From Octopus sinensis (Eukaryota): a stretch of DNA of 64,000 nt. The stretch covers positions 20,026,001 to 20,090,000 of the forward strand of contig NC_043006.1 in the NCBI RefSeq assembly GCF_006345805.1, given 5' to 3'. Shown here piece by piece: positions 12,941 through 26,340 of the stretch. The position numbers and the translations under genes are program-made. Position 1 is the first letter of the stretch, and each line of letters starts with the position of its first letter. The notes under the pieces are model-generated. The model was not told the DNA's origin, ran no database searches, and saw nothing but the letters and a program-made list of their open reading frames with translations.

Positions 12941-13657
12941 TCCATCCATTTTACTAAGCTTTATAGCAATAATATATTTTTTATTGTATTGACTGAGAGA
13001 TGATTTCAATGCATTACAAATACTGCTAACTTCCTAATCCGTTTCAACAAACGGAATGCTATATCTGAAAGATACTTAAAAAAAAAAAATAATCACATGT
13101 GATTGTAAGATAACTAAAAAAGTAATGCACCGAAAATAACATTAACCATTTACAAAGCAATGTATTCTTTAGTCATAAAGCTAAGTAAAAAGCATTCTCC
13201 ATTGTTCTCAGAATAATAATCTCTCACCGTTACGCAAGCCAACTCCTCTTTTGCGTTTTTCTAATTCTTTTTCGCTGAGAGACTGACACAAAATCGCTTA
13301 TTTATTAGACAGAAAGATTGATTTTGTTTCATTGTTTGAAATGCTTTGAAAGAAATTAAGCCAGCGTAAATTCGTTGCAGTAATCATTTTTTACCAAAAT
13401 TATCAATTCTTCTTCTGTTGTGAATTATATCGGTCTACCCTGTCCTGAAAAAGCAATACCAAACTAACAGATATTAATTTTTTTTCTGTTTTTCTTTTTC
13501 AAAACCTTTTGACCTTTCGATATTGTTTTGGTTTATGACCATAAATTGTAAGTGGAAAATTATCGTAAGTAAACAACATTGACATTTCAAAAATTTTTCT
13601 TTAAATGAAATTTTGAAAATTTGTTTTTTCTTCTTCTTCTTCTTCAGAAAGTATATA

Positions 13658-14470
13658 TGGGCGCAGGCATGGCTGTGCTGTTTAGTAAGAAACTAGCTTC
13701 CCAGCGAGCTGGCAGAAACGTTAGCACACCGGGCGAAATGCATTGCAGTATTTCGTCTGCAGCTACGTTCTGAGTTCAAATTCCGCCGAGGTTGACTTTG
13801 CCTTTCATCCTTTCTGGGTCGATTAAATAAGTACCAGTTACGCACTGGGGTCGATATAATCGACTTAATCCGTTTTGTCTGCCCTTGTTTGTCTTCTCTG
13901 TGTTTAGCCCCTTGTGGGTAGTAAAGAAATAGGTATTTCGTCTATCTTTATGTTCTGAGTTCAAATTCCGCCAAGGTCGACATTGCTTTTTATCCTTTCG
14001 GGGTCGATAAATTAAGTACCATTTGTGCACTGGGGTCGATGTAATCGACTTAATCCCTTTGTCTGTCCTTGTTTGTCCCCTCTATGTTTAGCCCCTTGTG
14101 GGCAATAAAGAAATAAGAAACTAGCTTCCCAGTCACATTGATTCCGGCTTCAGTATCACTGAGTGACATCTTGTCTTCTATACCCCGCACCGACCAAAGC
14201 TTTGTGAGTGGGTTTGGTAGACAGAAACTGAAAGAAGCCCGACATATATGTGAGTGCGTGTGTGTTTCTGTCTGTATTTGTCCCCCACAACCGTTTGACA
14301 ATCGGTGTAGGTGTGTTTACGTCCCCGTAACATAATGGTTCGGCAAAAGACACCGATAGAATAAGTACAGGTTTTAAAAGATAAGTACTAGGATCGGTTC
14401 ATTCGCCTAAAAAATTCTTCAAGGCGGTGCCCCAGCATGGCCACACTTTAATGAGTGAAACAAGTAAAAG
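13658..14470 (+). mobile_element. Old SINE C interrupted by a SINE B dimer (13705-14113)
   Basis: 19-bp TSD TAAGAAACTAGCTTCCCAG at 13686-13704 and 14114-14132. Confidence 0.85.
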
Positions 14471-14719
14471 ATAAAGGGTGGGAGAATTAAAAACTTTTTT
14501 GCCCTTTTTTAAATTTTCATTTATTTTTTTTCCAAAATCATAGTCTCCGTTGTTGAAAGCATGAATCCAAAAAAATTCTAGGGTATAAAAAAACAGTGGG
14601 GAGTGGGGATCTAGAGTCCTCGTCGAACGCATCTACCTGGACATTGCCGAAGAGTGCCAAAGAATCAAACTTTCAATAATGATAATAATTTTCTTTCTTT
14701 TTCGCATTTTTGTTTATAT

Positions 14720-14947
14720 TATATTTCTTTACGACCCACAAGGAACTAAACACAGAGGGGACGAACAAGGACAGACAAACGGATTAAATCGATTACATCG
14801 ACCCCAGTGCGTAACTGGTACTTAATTTATCGACCCCGAAAGGATGAAAGGCAAAGTCGACCTCGGCGGAATTTGAACTCAGAACGTAACGGCAGACGAA
14901 ATACGGCTACGTATTTCGCCCGGCGTGCTAACGTTTCTGCCAGCTCA
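14720..14947 (-). mobile_element. SINE B, monomer
   Basis: Match to family B. Confidence 0.85.
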
Positions 14948-15349
14948 TGACTCTATAGCCAGAGTATTCAGCAGTCACCCGATGTCGTGATTCGCCAGAA
15001 TATTGCCCACGTGACCAACAAAATCTGACTAATTACGACTTCGCGTGGAATAAGCTTCAGCAGCAATCTCAACTTTTGACGTACTCCTTTCTGTTTTATC
15101 GATCCCAAAAGAATGAAAGGCAAGGTTTATTGACTTCAGCAGTATTTGAGCTCAGAACAGAAAAAATCAGGAAAAATATCACGTTGCATTTTTTCCGACA
15201 TTCTACTGATTCTACCAATCCATTTCTCTTACTGATATGCCAATCCAATTTAGGGAAAATCACAATAGATACCGGTGTTGCTATTTGTAAGAACGCATAG
15301 TGCCAAAAATATGATTCCAAATAAATGCTGGGGCATTGTAGAAAGACAT

Positions 15350-16240
15350 ATTTGATAGTAGCTGTTCATCAGCGAAAAACACAGGGGCCATCCGGTCTCC
15401 CGTCTTCGCCGTGAACAGGAATTAATCTTCTCGCTTTGCTCCTTTGCACCATATGGGCTCAACTCTCCTCCCCTCTTCATCTAACCCTCTTCCCCTCTCC
15501 TCTCTTCCTCTCACACCTACTTCCTCCCACCCACCTCTCCTCTCTTGCTCCGACTCCTACTTCTTCTCTTCACTCCTACTCTCCTTCTCTCTTCTCTTCA
15601 CTCCTACCCACCTTCTCCCTTCACCCTCTCCCATCATCGTCACCCTTCCCTCGTAACCCCACCTTCCCTATCCATCCCATCCCACCCCACCCCATCCCTT
15701 ACAGCCACTACCACATACCCCACTTCTACCCCACCCACAGCCTAACCCAAACCCTACCTCTGCTTTCCCCACTCTCGCCTCCCCCACATCCCAACATCAC
15801 CACACTACACCATACAACACCATACCACACAACATCACACCACCACGCACACACTAGCACTGACCACTTCCCAGCCCCACACCATCATCCATACACCTAC
15901 ACATGCACACACGCACACGTCAAGGTCACCAACCCTCTTCCACACGCACATACATACTCTCTTATGCTACGCGCGCGCGAGATCACCACTACTTTATTAT
16001 CTCCCCTTCTTCCTAGCTCTCCTGTGTGACCCCACTGTCCGGCATTCGCCATGATAGATCGTTAGCCACTACACATTCTTTATTTTCTCTCCTTGTTTCT
16101 TTCTGTGTTCCTTTCTGTGGAAGAACGTAGGCTCGAAACGTTAAAGACTTTTTCACTTCCCGAGCGTTAAACTAATACATTTGTTTGTTGTCTACACCAC
16201 CTGTATTCGTCTTTTGTTTATTTTTTGTGTGAATTCTCCC

Positions 16241-16242
<2 letters not shown>
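15350..16242 (+). mobile_element. Penelope-like element, 3' part (GIY-YIG C-terminus, low-complexity UTR, pseudo-LTR)
   Basis: Translation RREQELIFSLCSFAPYGLN resembles the PLE endonuclease end motif; terminal ...GTAGGCTCGAAACG... also at 22600-22822; ends at (TA)n. Confidence 0.65.
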
Positions 16243-16308
<66 letters not shown>

Positions 16309-16939
16309 GAGGGAGAGGGAGGGAGGGAGAGAGAGAAGTAACGAAGAGGTACAGGTGTCAATTCATTGCAGCCGTTTCAAGCGTCTCTATTTAATTGATT
16401 AATGAAAACATTACATCAATAGTGGAAACTAAAATATTTACATTGTTTCCTTTTGTTATAACTGTAGCAGAATCAGTTTAGAAAATGATGCATGATTTCT
16501 TAAGCCTACTATAATTTAGAGAGTAGCAGAGGGAGCAGTGGGCAGAAGACTTTATATAGTATGTAGTCTTCAACCATTTAGAATTAAATCCATTGGGAGT
16601 TGTCAACTGTATTCCAGCTAACGGTGATAAATCAATTAATATCAGATAATCTACTAGACTCCCAATGTACTAGAACCGTATATTTAGCTTTATCTACATA
16701 GAAGGGCAGGTTGCAAGGTTGGTAGTAAGAAAATGTCTGATGGGGGAAAAGGTGGTAACTGGAAGAAAGAAGGATAGGAGTGGCCAATACTTATTTAGAT
16801 TATCAAATAAAAGTGTATATAATGAAAAACCAAAAGAGATCAGTAATATAAAGAAAGTACCTTTATAAAAAGTACATGTCTGAATGACCTAGAGCGGATA
16901 TCTTCCTTTAGCTGGGTTGTGTTGTCTACACACACGACA

Positions 16940-17520
16940 ACAATATTGGGTACAAATATCTTGGGTCATACATATCATCATCTGGAAAAGATTTTCTAAC
17001 TAGAAAGGGTATGGCCTGGTCAGCCTGTAATGACATGCATAAGATCTGGTCATCAAATCTAAGTAGAGACTTCAAACTTGAAATCTTCAAAGCCACAGTC
17101 GAACCAATTCTACTATATAGCTCAGAAACCTGGACGTTATCAAAGAAGCTTGAGAGGCGGTTGGATGGAACCTACACTCGCCTCCTTATGAGAGCTCAAA
17201 ATATCTCGTGGAAGCGTCATCCAACCAAAATGCAAATATATGGGAAACTACCACCTGTGTCATCTCTTGTGAAAGGTAGGAGAGTCCAGTTTGCTGGACA
17301 TTGTTGTAGAGCTGAAAACGAGGCAATTTCTACTCATCTCCTCTGGAAGCCATCTACTCGCAATACCAGAGGGCGCACACTCTCCTATCCTGATGTAATC
17401 TCCAGGGATACAGGCATCCAGCAACAGGACCTCCGTAATGCTATGATGGACTGTGAAGTCTGGCGTAGCATGGTAAATTCCATTGTCTCGACCACGGTCG
17501 AACAATGATGATGATAATGA
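16940..17520 (+). mobile_element. RTE-like LINE, 5'-truncated 3' end (RT thumb region)
   Basis: YKYLGS...ILLYSSETWTL...RRVQFAGHCCR; stop codon followed by a (GAT)n tail. Confidence 0.85.
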
Positions 17521-17640
17521 CAAATACCGCTACACGGAGTCTTGGTATTCAATATTCAAATAATATTGTTGTGGTGTGCAGATTATACCGAACTAGCAAG
17601 GTGCTTCAATTTAAGTACCTAATTCAACTGAATCTTAATT

Positions 17641-17809
<169 letters not shown>

Positions 17810-18186
17810 AGGAGATGTGGAACACGAGTTGTGATATATAAAAAAGAAATGAAGAAAATGCTGACAAAATAATTTAAGTAATTAAGAACTTTCACCTAAT
17901 TAAATTACTTTAATTACTTAAATTATTTTGTCAGCATTTCTTCATTTCCTTTTATATATATATAACGGAATTTTTTAGAAATATCTGTCGGGTTACTTCG
18001 AGACGCGTGCTTATAGTGATAAATTATATGGTTATTGACGATTTGTCTATTTTCGGTGTATTTGGCATTAGAAATTTTTTTCTTTTGACCTTGTTTATAA
18101 GTGGTTTATAAATTTAACCTTTAAAGGTATTTATTAATATGCTGGCTATTGATAGAATTTTTTTCGAAAAATTTTATCCTATATTA

Positions 18187-18224
<38 letters not shown>

Positions 18225-18252
18225 GAGAGAGAGAGGGGGGGAGAAAGAGATG

Positions 18253-18295
<43 letters not shown>

Positions 18296-18723
18296 AATGT
18301 AAAAATACATGCATACATACATATACCACCGTTGCTGTCTTCACGTTTTATACCTCTACAAGTATTGTCGCCACAACCTGTTGCACGATGACCACAACCA
18401 CCGATACCATCGTCACCACCACCACCACCACCACCACTGTCGACTATAGTACTATCATAAAAAAAGAACTGAGACACTGGTGCAATACGATGTGATTCAT
18501 CTTTATTGATTCGGAATGCAGTAGTGACATTTCAGTTCTTTGAGGAACATGGTTAACACAAACCAAAGGATGGGGGGCTTCAACTTGGGCACTCAGTCAA
18601 CCAGAAAGAACAACCAAATCTCCCTTGTATCAAAAAGGATGGAAAGAGCACATTAGATAATGTAGTTTTACATGTTCGGGCAGCAGATGGGATGGTCATG
18701 ACTGAAAGGTCTTTGATCATATA

Positions 18724-19139
18724 CCTATTTCTTTATTACCCACAAGGGGCTAAACACAGAGAGGACAAACAAGGACAGACAAACGGATTAAGTCGGTTAT
18801 ATCGACCCCAGTGCGTAACTGGTACTTATTTAATCGACCCCGAAAGGATGAAAGGCAAAGTCGACCTCGGCGGAATTTGAACTCAGAGCGTAGCGACAGA
18901 CGAAATACCTATTTCTTTATTACCCACAAGGGGCTAAACACAGAGGGGACAAACAAGGACAGACAAACGGATTAAGTCGATTATATCGACCCCAGTGCGT
19001 AACTGGTACTTATTTAATCGACCCCGAAAGGATGAAAGGCAAAGTCGACCTCGGCGGAATTTGAACTGAGAACGTAGCGACAGACGAAATACCACTAAGC
19101 ATTTCGTCCGGCGTGCTAACGTTTCTGCCAGCTCGCCAC
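18724..19139 (-). mobile_element. SINE B dimer
   Basis: 13-bp TSD CTTTGATCATATA at 18711-18723 and 19140-19152. Confidence 0.9.
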
Positions 19140-19338
19140 CTTTGATCATATATCTGCTTAACGAAGCCTAGTTGTTGAGCAACAACATTGATAGTCAGTT
19201 AATACAAGAACTGTGATGAGTTACGGAGGGAGTCTCTACAAGTTTGTAGAATCTACTAACAATAGCAGCGAAATCTCCCTCAAATCATATTTGTACTGCC
19301 TTAGAAATTGGGAAGACACATCAGATTGTATAGGCTTA

Positions 19339-19754
19339 AGGCGGCGAGCTGGCAGAATCGTTAGCACGCCGGGCGAAGTGCTTACCGGTAATTCGTCTGC
19401 CGTTACGTTCTGAGTTCAAATTCCGCCGAGGTCGACTTTGCCTTTCATCCTTTCGGGGTCGATAAATTAAGTACCAGTTACGCACTGAGATCGATATAAT
19501 CAACTGAATTCGATTGTCTGTCCTTGTTTGTCCTCTCTGTGTTTAGCCCCTTGTGGGTAGTAAAGAAATAGGTATTTCGCCCGTCGCTACGTTCTGAGTT
19601 CAAATTCCGCCGAGGTCGACTTTGCCTTTCATCCTTTCGGGGTCGATAAATTAAGTTACCAGTTACGCACTGAGATCGATGTAATCGACTTAATCTGTTT
19701 GTCTGTCCTTGTTTGTCCCCTCTATGTTCAGCCCCTTGTGGGTAGTAAAGAAAC
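19339..19754 (+). mobile_element. SINE B dimer
   Basis: One head, two bodies; no TSD seen. Confidence 0.85.
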
Positions 19755-20048
19755 AGATAGTTCGTTTTATGTCAATTTGAACATGGATCTGTTCCCAGAG
19801 GTTAACGGTTTTGTGGTCCGAGTTAACTGCTCTAATACGAGATATCACGTGATAAGTTGAGCGAGACACGTTCCAGTACACCTGTAAAAAGGATTTAAAG
19901 ATGAATTGAAGAGGTTCGAAATGATGGGTATCATCACACCGTCGGATTACTGTGGAATGGCCGAGAAAAAAGAAGGATCTCTTCACACGTGTGTCGATTA
20001 CAAGGCTCATTTAAATGCACATATTGACACTTATTCTTTTTCTATACC

Positions 20049-20624
20049 TATTTCTTTATTACCCACAAGGGGCTAAACACAGAGGGGGACAAACAAGGAC
20101 AGACATAGGTATTAAGTCGATTACATCGACCCCCCAGTGCGTAACTGGTACTTTAATTTATCGACCCCGAAAGGATGAAAGGCAAAGTCGACCTCGGCGG
20201 AATTTGAACTCAGAACGTAGCGACGGGCGAAATACCTATTTCTTTACTACCCACAGGGGGCTAAACACAGAGGGGACAAACAAGGACAGACATAGGTATT
20301 AAGTCGATTACATCGACCCCAGTGCGTAACTGGTACTTCAATTTATCGACCCCGAAAGGATGAAAGGCAAAGTCGACCTCGGCGGAATTTGAACTCAGAA
20401 CGTAGCGACGGGCGAAATACCTATTTCTTTACTACCCACAGGGGGCTAAACACAGAGGGGACAAACAAGGACAGACATAGGTATTAAGTCGATTACATCG
20501 ACCCCAGTGCGTAACTGGTACTTCAATTTATCGACCCCGAAAGGATGAAAGGCAAAGTCGACCTCGGCGGAATTTGAACTCAGAACGTTGCGACGGGCGA
20601 AATACTGCGAAGCACTTCGCCCGG
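20049..20624 (-). mobile_element. SINE B trimer
   Basis: Three ~185-bp bodies; 13-bp TSD CTTTTTCTATACC at 20036-20048 and 20625-20637. Confidence 0.9.
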
Positions 20625-20901
20625 CTTTTTCTATACCATCAACTGATACCATTTTTTCCGGTATGTCAGGTGCGAAATGTTTCTCCTCTCTCGATTTAAA
20701 GCATGCGTGTTGGCAAATACCTTTAACAGAGGACAGAGGAAGTAAGACGTATTTGTGCTAATAATACAACCAATGGTCTCAACCCGGTTAACAGACTTCA
20801 TATGGAACTTAGAATTCGAGTGGCATATTTCAGAACTGCATGGAAGCTTTACTAAAAGGGTTTGAATGAGTCAAGGTATATCAAAATGATATCCTCATCT
20901 A

Positions 20902-21278
20902 GGAGGGAAGGAAGCACTCCGTCGGTTACGACGACGAGGGTTCCGGTTGATCCGAATCAACGGAACAGCCTGCTCGTGAAATTAACGTGTAAGTGGCTGA
21001 GCACTCCACAGACACGTGTACCCTTAACGTAGTTCTCGGGGATATTCAGCGTGACACAGAGAGTGACAAGGCCGGCTCTTTGAAATACAGGTACAACAGA
21101 AACAGGAAGTAAGAGTGAGAGATCACCACCAGGGATCACCACCATCCCCTGCCGGAGCCTCGTGGAGCTTTAGGTGTTTTCGCTCAATAAACACTCACAA
21201 CGCTCGGTCTGGGAATCGAAACCGCGATCCTATGACCGCGAGTCCGCTGCCCTAACCACTGGGCCATTGCACCTCCAC
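20902..21278 (-). mobile_element. SINE A
   Basis: TSD TATCCTCATCTA at 20890-20901 and 21279-21290. Confidence 0.9.
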
Positions 21279-21556
21279 TATCCTCATCTATGCTAGTAAC
21301 GAAGCAAAATTGAGGAGCAGAGAAAATACGGTAGTTGCAAAGCTAACCAAGGTGCAAGAACTGCGGCAGGATGTAAAGAGCCAAAACGTTTCGAGGTGGA
21401 ATAATGTGATGGTTGCATTGAGTTGCTGATTTTGGCATCCTGATATGTATATAGAACTCTCAAAAGAAGTCTCGTGTAACCACTTGGAAATCATGAGAGG
21501 AGAGGCGAACGAACTAGCAGACATAAAAATGGGCGTTACTGCTATGCACAGAACGC

Positions 21557-21750
21557 TACAGGAAGTAAGAGTGAGAGAAAGTTGTGGTGAAAGAGTACAG
21601 CAGGGATCACCACCATCCCCTGCCGAAGCCTCGTGGAGCTTTTAGGTGTTTTCGCTCAATAAACACTCACAACGCCCGGTCTGGGAATCGAAACCGCGAT
21701 CCTATGACCGCGAGTCCGCTGCCCTAACCACTGGGCCATTGCGCCTCCAC
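21557..21750 (-). mobile_element. SINE A, 5' half
   Basis: Match to family A. Confidence 0.8.
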
Positions 21751-22160
21751 CGGTATAAGCATACAGTATTTGAAAATGTATAAATATTTAAATAGATTTG
21801 AAATTGCCGAGAGATGTCTAGACTTTGTAAAATAAAATACTAAATTTTTAATTCGACTAAATACCTTGCGGGGATAAAAAGCATTTGGAAATCGATATAA
21901 AGAATTTTTTTTTTTAATGAATTAGACGCAGATTTATGTTTTATGAATCTATTGACTGACGTCAGTATCCGTAAAGTAACAAAATTAATTGCTTTTATTG
22001 TTTATTTTTAATACTTTAAAAGAGTTTTTTATTCTGTTTTGTTTTTTAGTCTTCTCTGTGTGCAATTCCCTGTAGCAGCTGAGTGCATTTTCAGCCTTTC
22101 TTCTGATTTATGTCTATCAATGTCTGTCTATTAATCCAGCTATATCTATTTGCTTTTCTT

Positions 22161-22462
<302 letters not shown>

Positions 22463-22472
22463 TATATATATA

Positions 22473-22514
<42 letters not shown>

Positions 22515-22599
22515 GGTATGTAGAAAAATACAACATGGACAAGAACGTATAACTCTTAGAAGACGACACAATAAACACGGACAGGACACTCGAAACCCT

Positions 22600-22818
22600 C
22601 AGTCTTCAGTCAAGAACCGGATCAGGGAGAGTTTACGAAATAAACAAAAGACGAAGACAGGTGGTGAACAAAACAAACAGATGTATTAGTATAACGCTCA
22701 AGAATAGAAAAGTCTTTTACGTTTCGAGCCTACGCTCTTCTACACAAAGGGACACAGAAAAAAAAACAAGGAGAGAAACAAAGAGAGAAAAATTGTGTGT
22801 AGTGGCTAACGATCTATC

Positions 22819-22822
<4 letters not shown>
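22600..22822 (-). mobile_element. Penelope-like terminal segment (same family as 16030-16242)
   Basis: Reverse complement of ATGATAGATCGTTAGCCACTACAC...GAAGAGCGTAGGCTCGAAACG; flanked by (TA)n. Confidence 0.65.
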
Positions 22823-22869
<47 letters not shown>

Positions 22870-22885
<16 letters not shown>

Positions 22886-23263
22886 GAGGTTGTGTGTCTG
22901 TCTCCTACGATTTAGATTCCTAACTACTCCCACATTTTGCGGTGCAGTTTAACCAAAAGCGGGTATCTTATAGTCGTGATTCATATCGAGCCCTTCTGGA
23001 TATTAGCGCGTCTACGATGAGTCTACGATTTAAAAAAAATTTACCACCATTTTTTTCATTTTAATGCATCTTTTCGCTATTATATAAGGGAAGTAACTCT
23101 CTAAAAATGTCTACGATGAGTCAACGATTTTTAAATAAATTTACCATCATTTTTTTTTCCATTTTTAATGCATTTTTTTGCTATTTTTTGGCTATAACTC
23201 TCTAAAAATGCTTATATAGTTATTTCCCTTACAAACCCGAGCAACGCCGGGCGATACTGTTAG
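22870..23263 (+). mobile_element. Non-autonomous Helitron
   Basis: Family body; 3' hairpin CCCGAGCAACGCCGGG followed by a CTAG-like end (TTAG|T). Confidence 0.8.
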
Positions 23264-23600
23264 TATATATATATAGGTCAAGCACTAAACGAGCTTGATT
23301 CAACAGAATGTTGGGTCGAGCTGTCGAACTCAAATGAGTCTTGACTATAATTTCGTAGCTTCGCTGCACATTAGAAATATCGATTTTTTTTCAATTTTCT
23401 AATTTCCATTAACTTTCTCAAACTTGGTTAGAATTGTATATACTTTGTTAAAATATTCATTGTATTATAAATTTTATTTTCATATAGGTTTTGTAGCATA
23501 ATAATTAATAATTAATAATTATAAGAAGAGCACTCAGAGAGCGCAAACCTCCGCCAATGTTTCTTTATTTTGGCACTACGGCCACAACACAGAACGGACA

Positions 23601-23989
23601 CTGGAAGCACTCCGTCGGTTACGACGACGAGGGTTCCGGTTGATCCGAATCAACGGAACAGCCTGCTCGTGAAATTAACGTGTAAGTGGCTGAGCACTCC
23701 ACAGACACGTGCACCCTTAACGTAGTTCTCGGGGATATTCAGCGTGACACAGAGAGTGACAAGGCCGGCCCTTTGAAATACAGGTACAACAGAAACAGGA
23801 AGTAAGAGTGAGAGAAAGTTGTGGTGAAAGAGTACAGCAGGGATCACCACCATCCCCTGCCGGAGCCGCGTGGAGCTTTTTTATGTGTTTTCGCTCAATA
23901 AACACTCACAACGCCCGGTCTGGGAATCGAAACCGCGATCCTATGACCGCGAGTCCGCTGCCCTAACCACTGGGCCATTGCGCCTCCAC
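23601..23989 (-). mobile_element. SINE A
   Basis: Full match to family A. Confidence 0.9.
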
Positions 23990-24122
23990 GAGAGCGGACA
24001 CTACAACAGTGGGGACAAAAATATAAAACGAATGGAAATGAGATGTTATATAAAAATGAGAAATGAAATGGCTGCATAGGCCCTACTCCCAAGCAGTATC
24101 ATTTGAACGTTTATATAATCTA

Positions 24123-24421
24123 CAAGCAGTATCGCCCGGCGTTGCTCGGGTTTTTAAGGGAAATAACTATACAGCATTTTTAGAGAGGTATAGCCAAAAA
24201 ATAGCAAAAAAATGCATTAAAATGGAAAAAATATGATGGTAAATTTTTTTTTAAATCGTTGACTCATCGTAGACGCGCGCTAATACCCAGAAGGGCTCGA
24301 TATGAATCACGACTATAAGATACCCGGTTTTGGTTAAACTGCACCGCAAAATGTGGGAGTAGTTAGGAATCTAAATCGAAGGGGACAGACACTCACACAA
24401 CTACAGTTTTATATATATAGA
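24123..24421 (-). mobile_element. Non-autonomous Helitron
   Basis: TCTATATATAT 5' end and the same 3' hairpin, on the minus strand. Confidence 0.8.
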
Positions 24422-24671
24422 TTTACAATCGTTGTATTATTGTTTATTCTTAGTCTCGTTTTTTCCTCTTTTTGAAATGAAACCATTTTACTTTTTCCCT
24501 TCTTTCTTCAATAAAACCATTTTACTTACTTTTTCCTTTTTGATATCTCATGAATGGTTCTAAATCTTTTAGCTCCACTCCAGGTGGCAATTCGTCGAAC
24601 TCCACCATCACTCTTGGCGGGTCAGTTACTTCTCCACACATGTCTTTTAGTTTGTTGTAGGTGTCCTTGTG

Positions 24672-25056
24672 TGGAGGTGCAATGGCCCAGTGGTTAGGGC
24701 AGCGGACTCGCGGTCATAGGATCGCGGTTTCGATTCCCAGACCGGGCGTTGTGAGTGTTTATTGAGCGAAAACACCTAAAAGCTCCACGAGGCTCCAGCA
24801 GGGGATGGTGGTGATCCCTGCTGTACTCTTTCACCACAACTTTCTCTCACTCTTACTTCCTGTTTCTGTTGTACCTGTATTTCAAAGGGCCGGCCTTGTC
24901 ACTCTCTGTGTCACGCTGAATATCCCCGAGAACTACGTTAAGGGTGCACGTGTCTGTGGAGTGCTCAGCCACTTACACGTTAATCTCACGAGCAGGCTGT
25001 TCCGTTGATCGGAACAACCGGAACCCTCGTCGTCGTAACCGACGGAGTGCTTCCAG
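24672..25056 (+). mobile_element. SINE A
   Basis: TSD TGTAGGTGTCCTTGT on both sides. Confidence 0.9.
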
Positions 25057-25059
25057 TGT

Positions 25060-26340
25060 AGGTGTCCTTGTCAACCACGATGGCTTTCACATTCTCGGAA
25101 TACACAACCGTGGACAACTTTACTCTTATAATACGTTTAAACTTTAATACTTTCTTTTCAGTTTGTTTGCATTTTGCGCACGTCACAAAATTCAATCGAA
25201 ATTTTCCCTTTCTTGTTTTCTCATTTCCTGCTTCACTCCTGGTACCTTCTTTTCTTCCATCACTCTGAACAGTCTCTCCACTTGCGTCTCTAAATTTCCT
25301 TCCTCCACTGGAACAACCGGTGTCTTCACCAATGTCTCTTCCTAATGCATCTCGTTCTTGAACACTTCAAGTTCCTTTACGTTTATTTTTTCCACCACCA
25401 TTTCGTCTTCCTTTCTTCTGGTCTCCTCCTTTTCCATTTCTTTTTTCTTCTTTCTCTGCTACTCTCGTAGAGAGATCACTCTCCCACTTCTCTTTTTTTT
25501 AAACACCGTGAACCCCTCCTCCGTTGCTTTCTCCTTTATCTCGACCTGTACCACCTGGTTCGTGCTCTCCAGCCTCTCCGTCTGCTCTATCTGTTGTTCC
25601 CTCTGGGGGCATCTCATCTTCATGTAGAATTTTCCCCGACATGTATAACATATAGGCGGCCTGCCCTCCACCACCACTCTCAATCTTAAGTCATCCGGCT
25701 GCACTATCTCTTCGACAATTCTATTTAGGTCTTCCACTGTTGCTTGAACGGTTAACTCAATTCCATATCCCTAGTAGTTTACCCTTTGGGTTCTTGTGGC
25801 CTTCAGTATTTTGGCCTCCTCATTCATGTTATACATTATGGCTGTCATCAGCCATGCTTCTTTCATCTCTGGGGGCACTTTACCAACTCGCACCCTGGCC
25901 ATACGTTTGTCAAAGTACGATGGCAAAAGCACCCATTCTTCCGATCTTATTGCCTCCGTAGAGTGCTTAATTGCTTCCTCTTCTGATGCAAAACGCACCT
26001 CCACAGTAGCGTATTTCCTCCCTCTTGTTATAAATACGGTTAGTCTTTTTATATTCTTCAAACATTCTTCTATAACCTCAATTGTCGCTATTTCTATTTT
26101 CTTTGTTGCTATCTTCATTGTCTTATATATCACCGTCCTTTTCATTACATTGGTTGTTAGTTCCCAGGTGGCGTTAATTTCAGTGTATTCCCATGTCTTT
26201 CGAGCAACTTCTCGCATTCCTTCATTTTTCGTGGTCCAACCTTTATTTCACGTACTTCCAGCGTTTCCACGTCTATCCCTTTTCCAGTTGCAGCCGCATA
26301 ACTGTGGCCACCTGCTGGCGTTTTCTCCATTTTTCCCACA
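25060..26340 (-). pseudogene. L1/Tx1-type non-LTR retrotransposon ORF1 (gag-like) relic
   Basis: N-terminal SYAAAT; RRM-like YATVEVRFASEEEA; degenerate zinc knuckle GRPPICYTCRGKFYMKMRCP; stops and frameshifts. Confidence 0.65.

Larger units (their letters stand above)
19880..21340 (+). pseudogene. Gypsy reverse transcriptase relic split by two SINE insertions
   Basis: ELKRFEMMGIITPSDY...KKEGSLHTCVDYKAHLN | DTIFSGMSGAKCFSSLDLKHA...YQNDILI | YASNEAKL; continuity is restored by removing the TSD-flanked SINEs. Confidence 0.8.

Noticed and set aside
17985-18015. TTCGAGACGCGTG as a hammerhead 3' half
   Set aside because: GAAA is mutated, the triplet is GUG, and no matching CUGANGA or stem I was found
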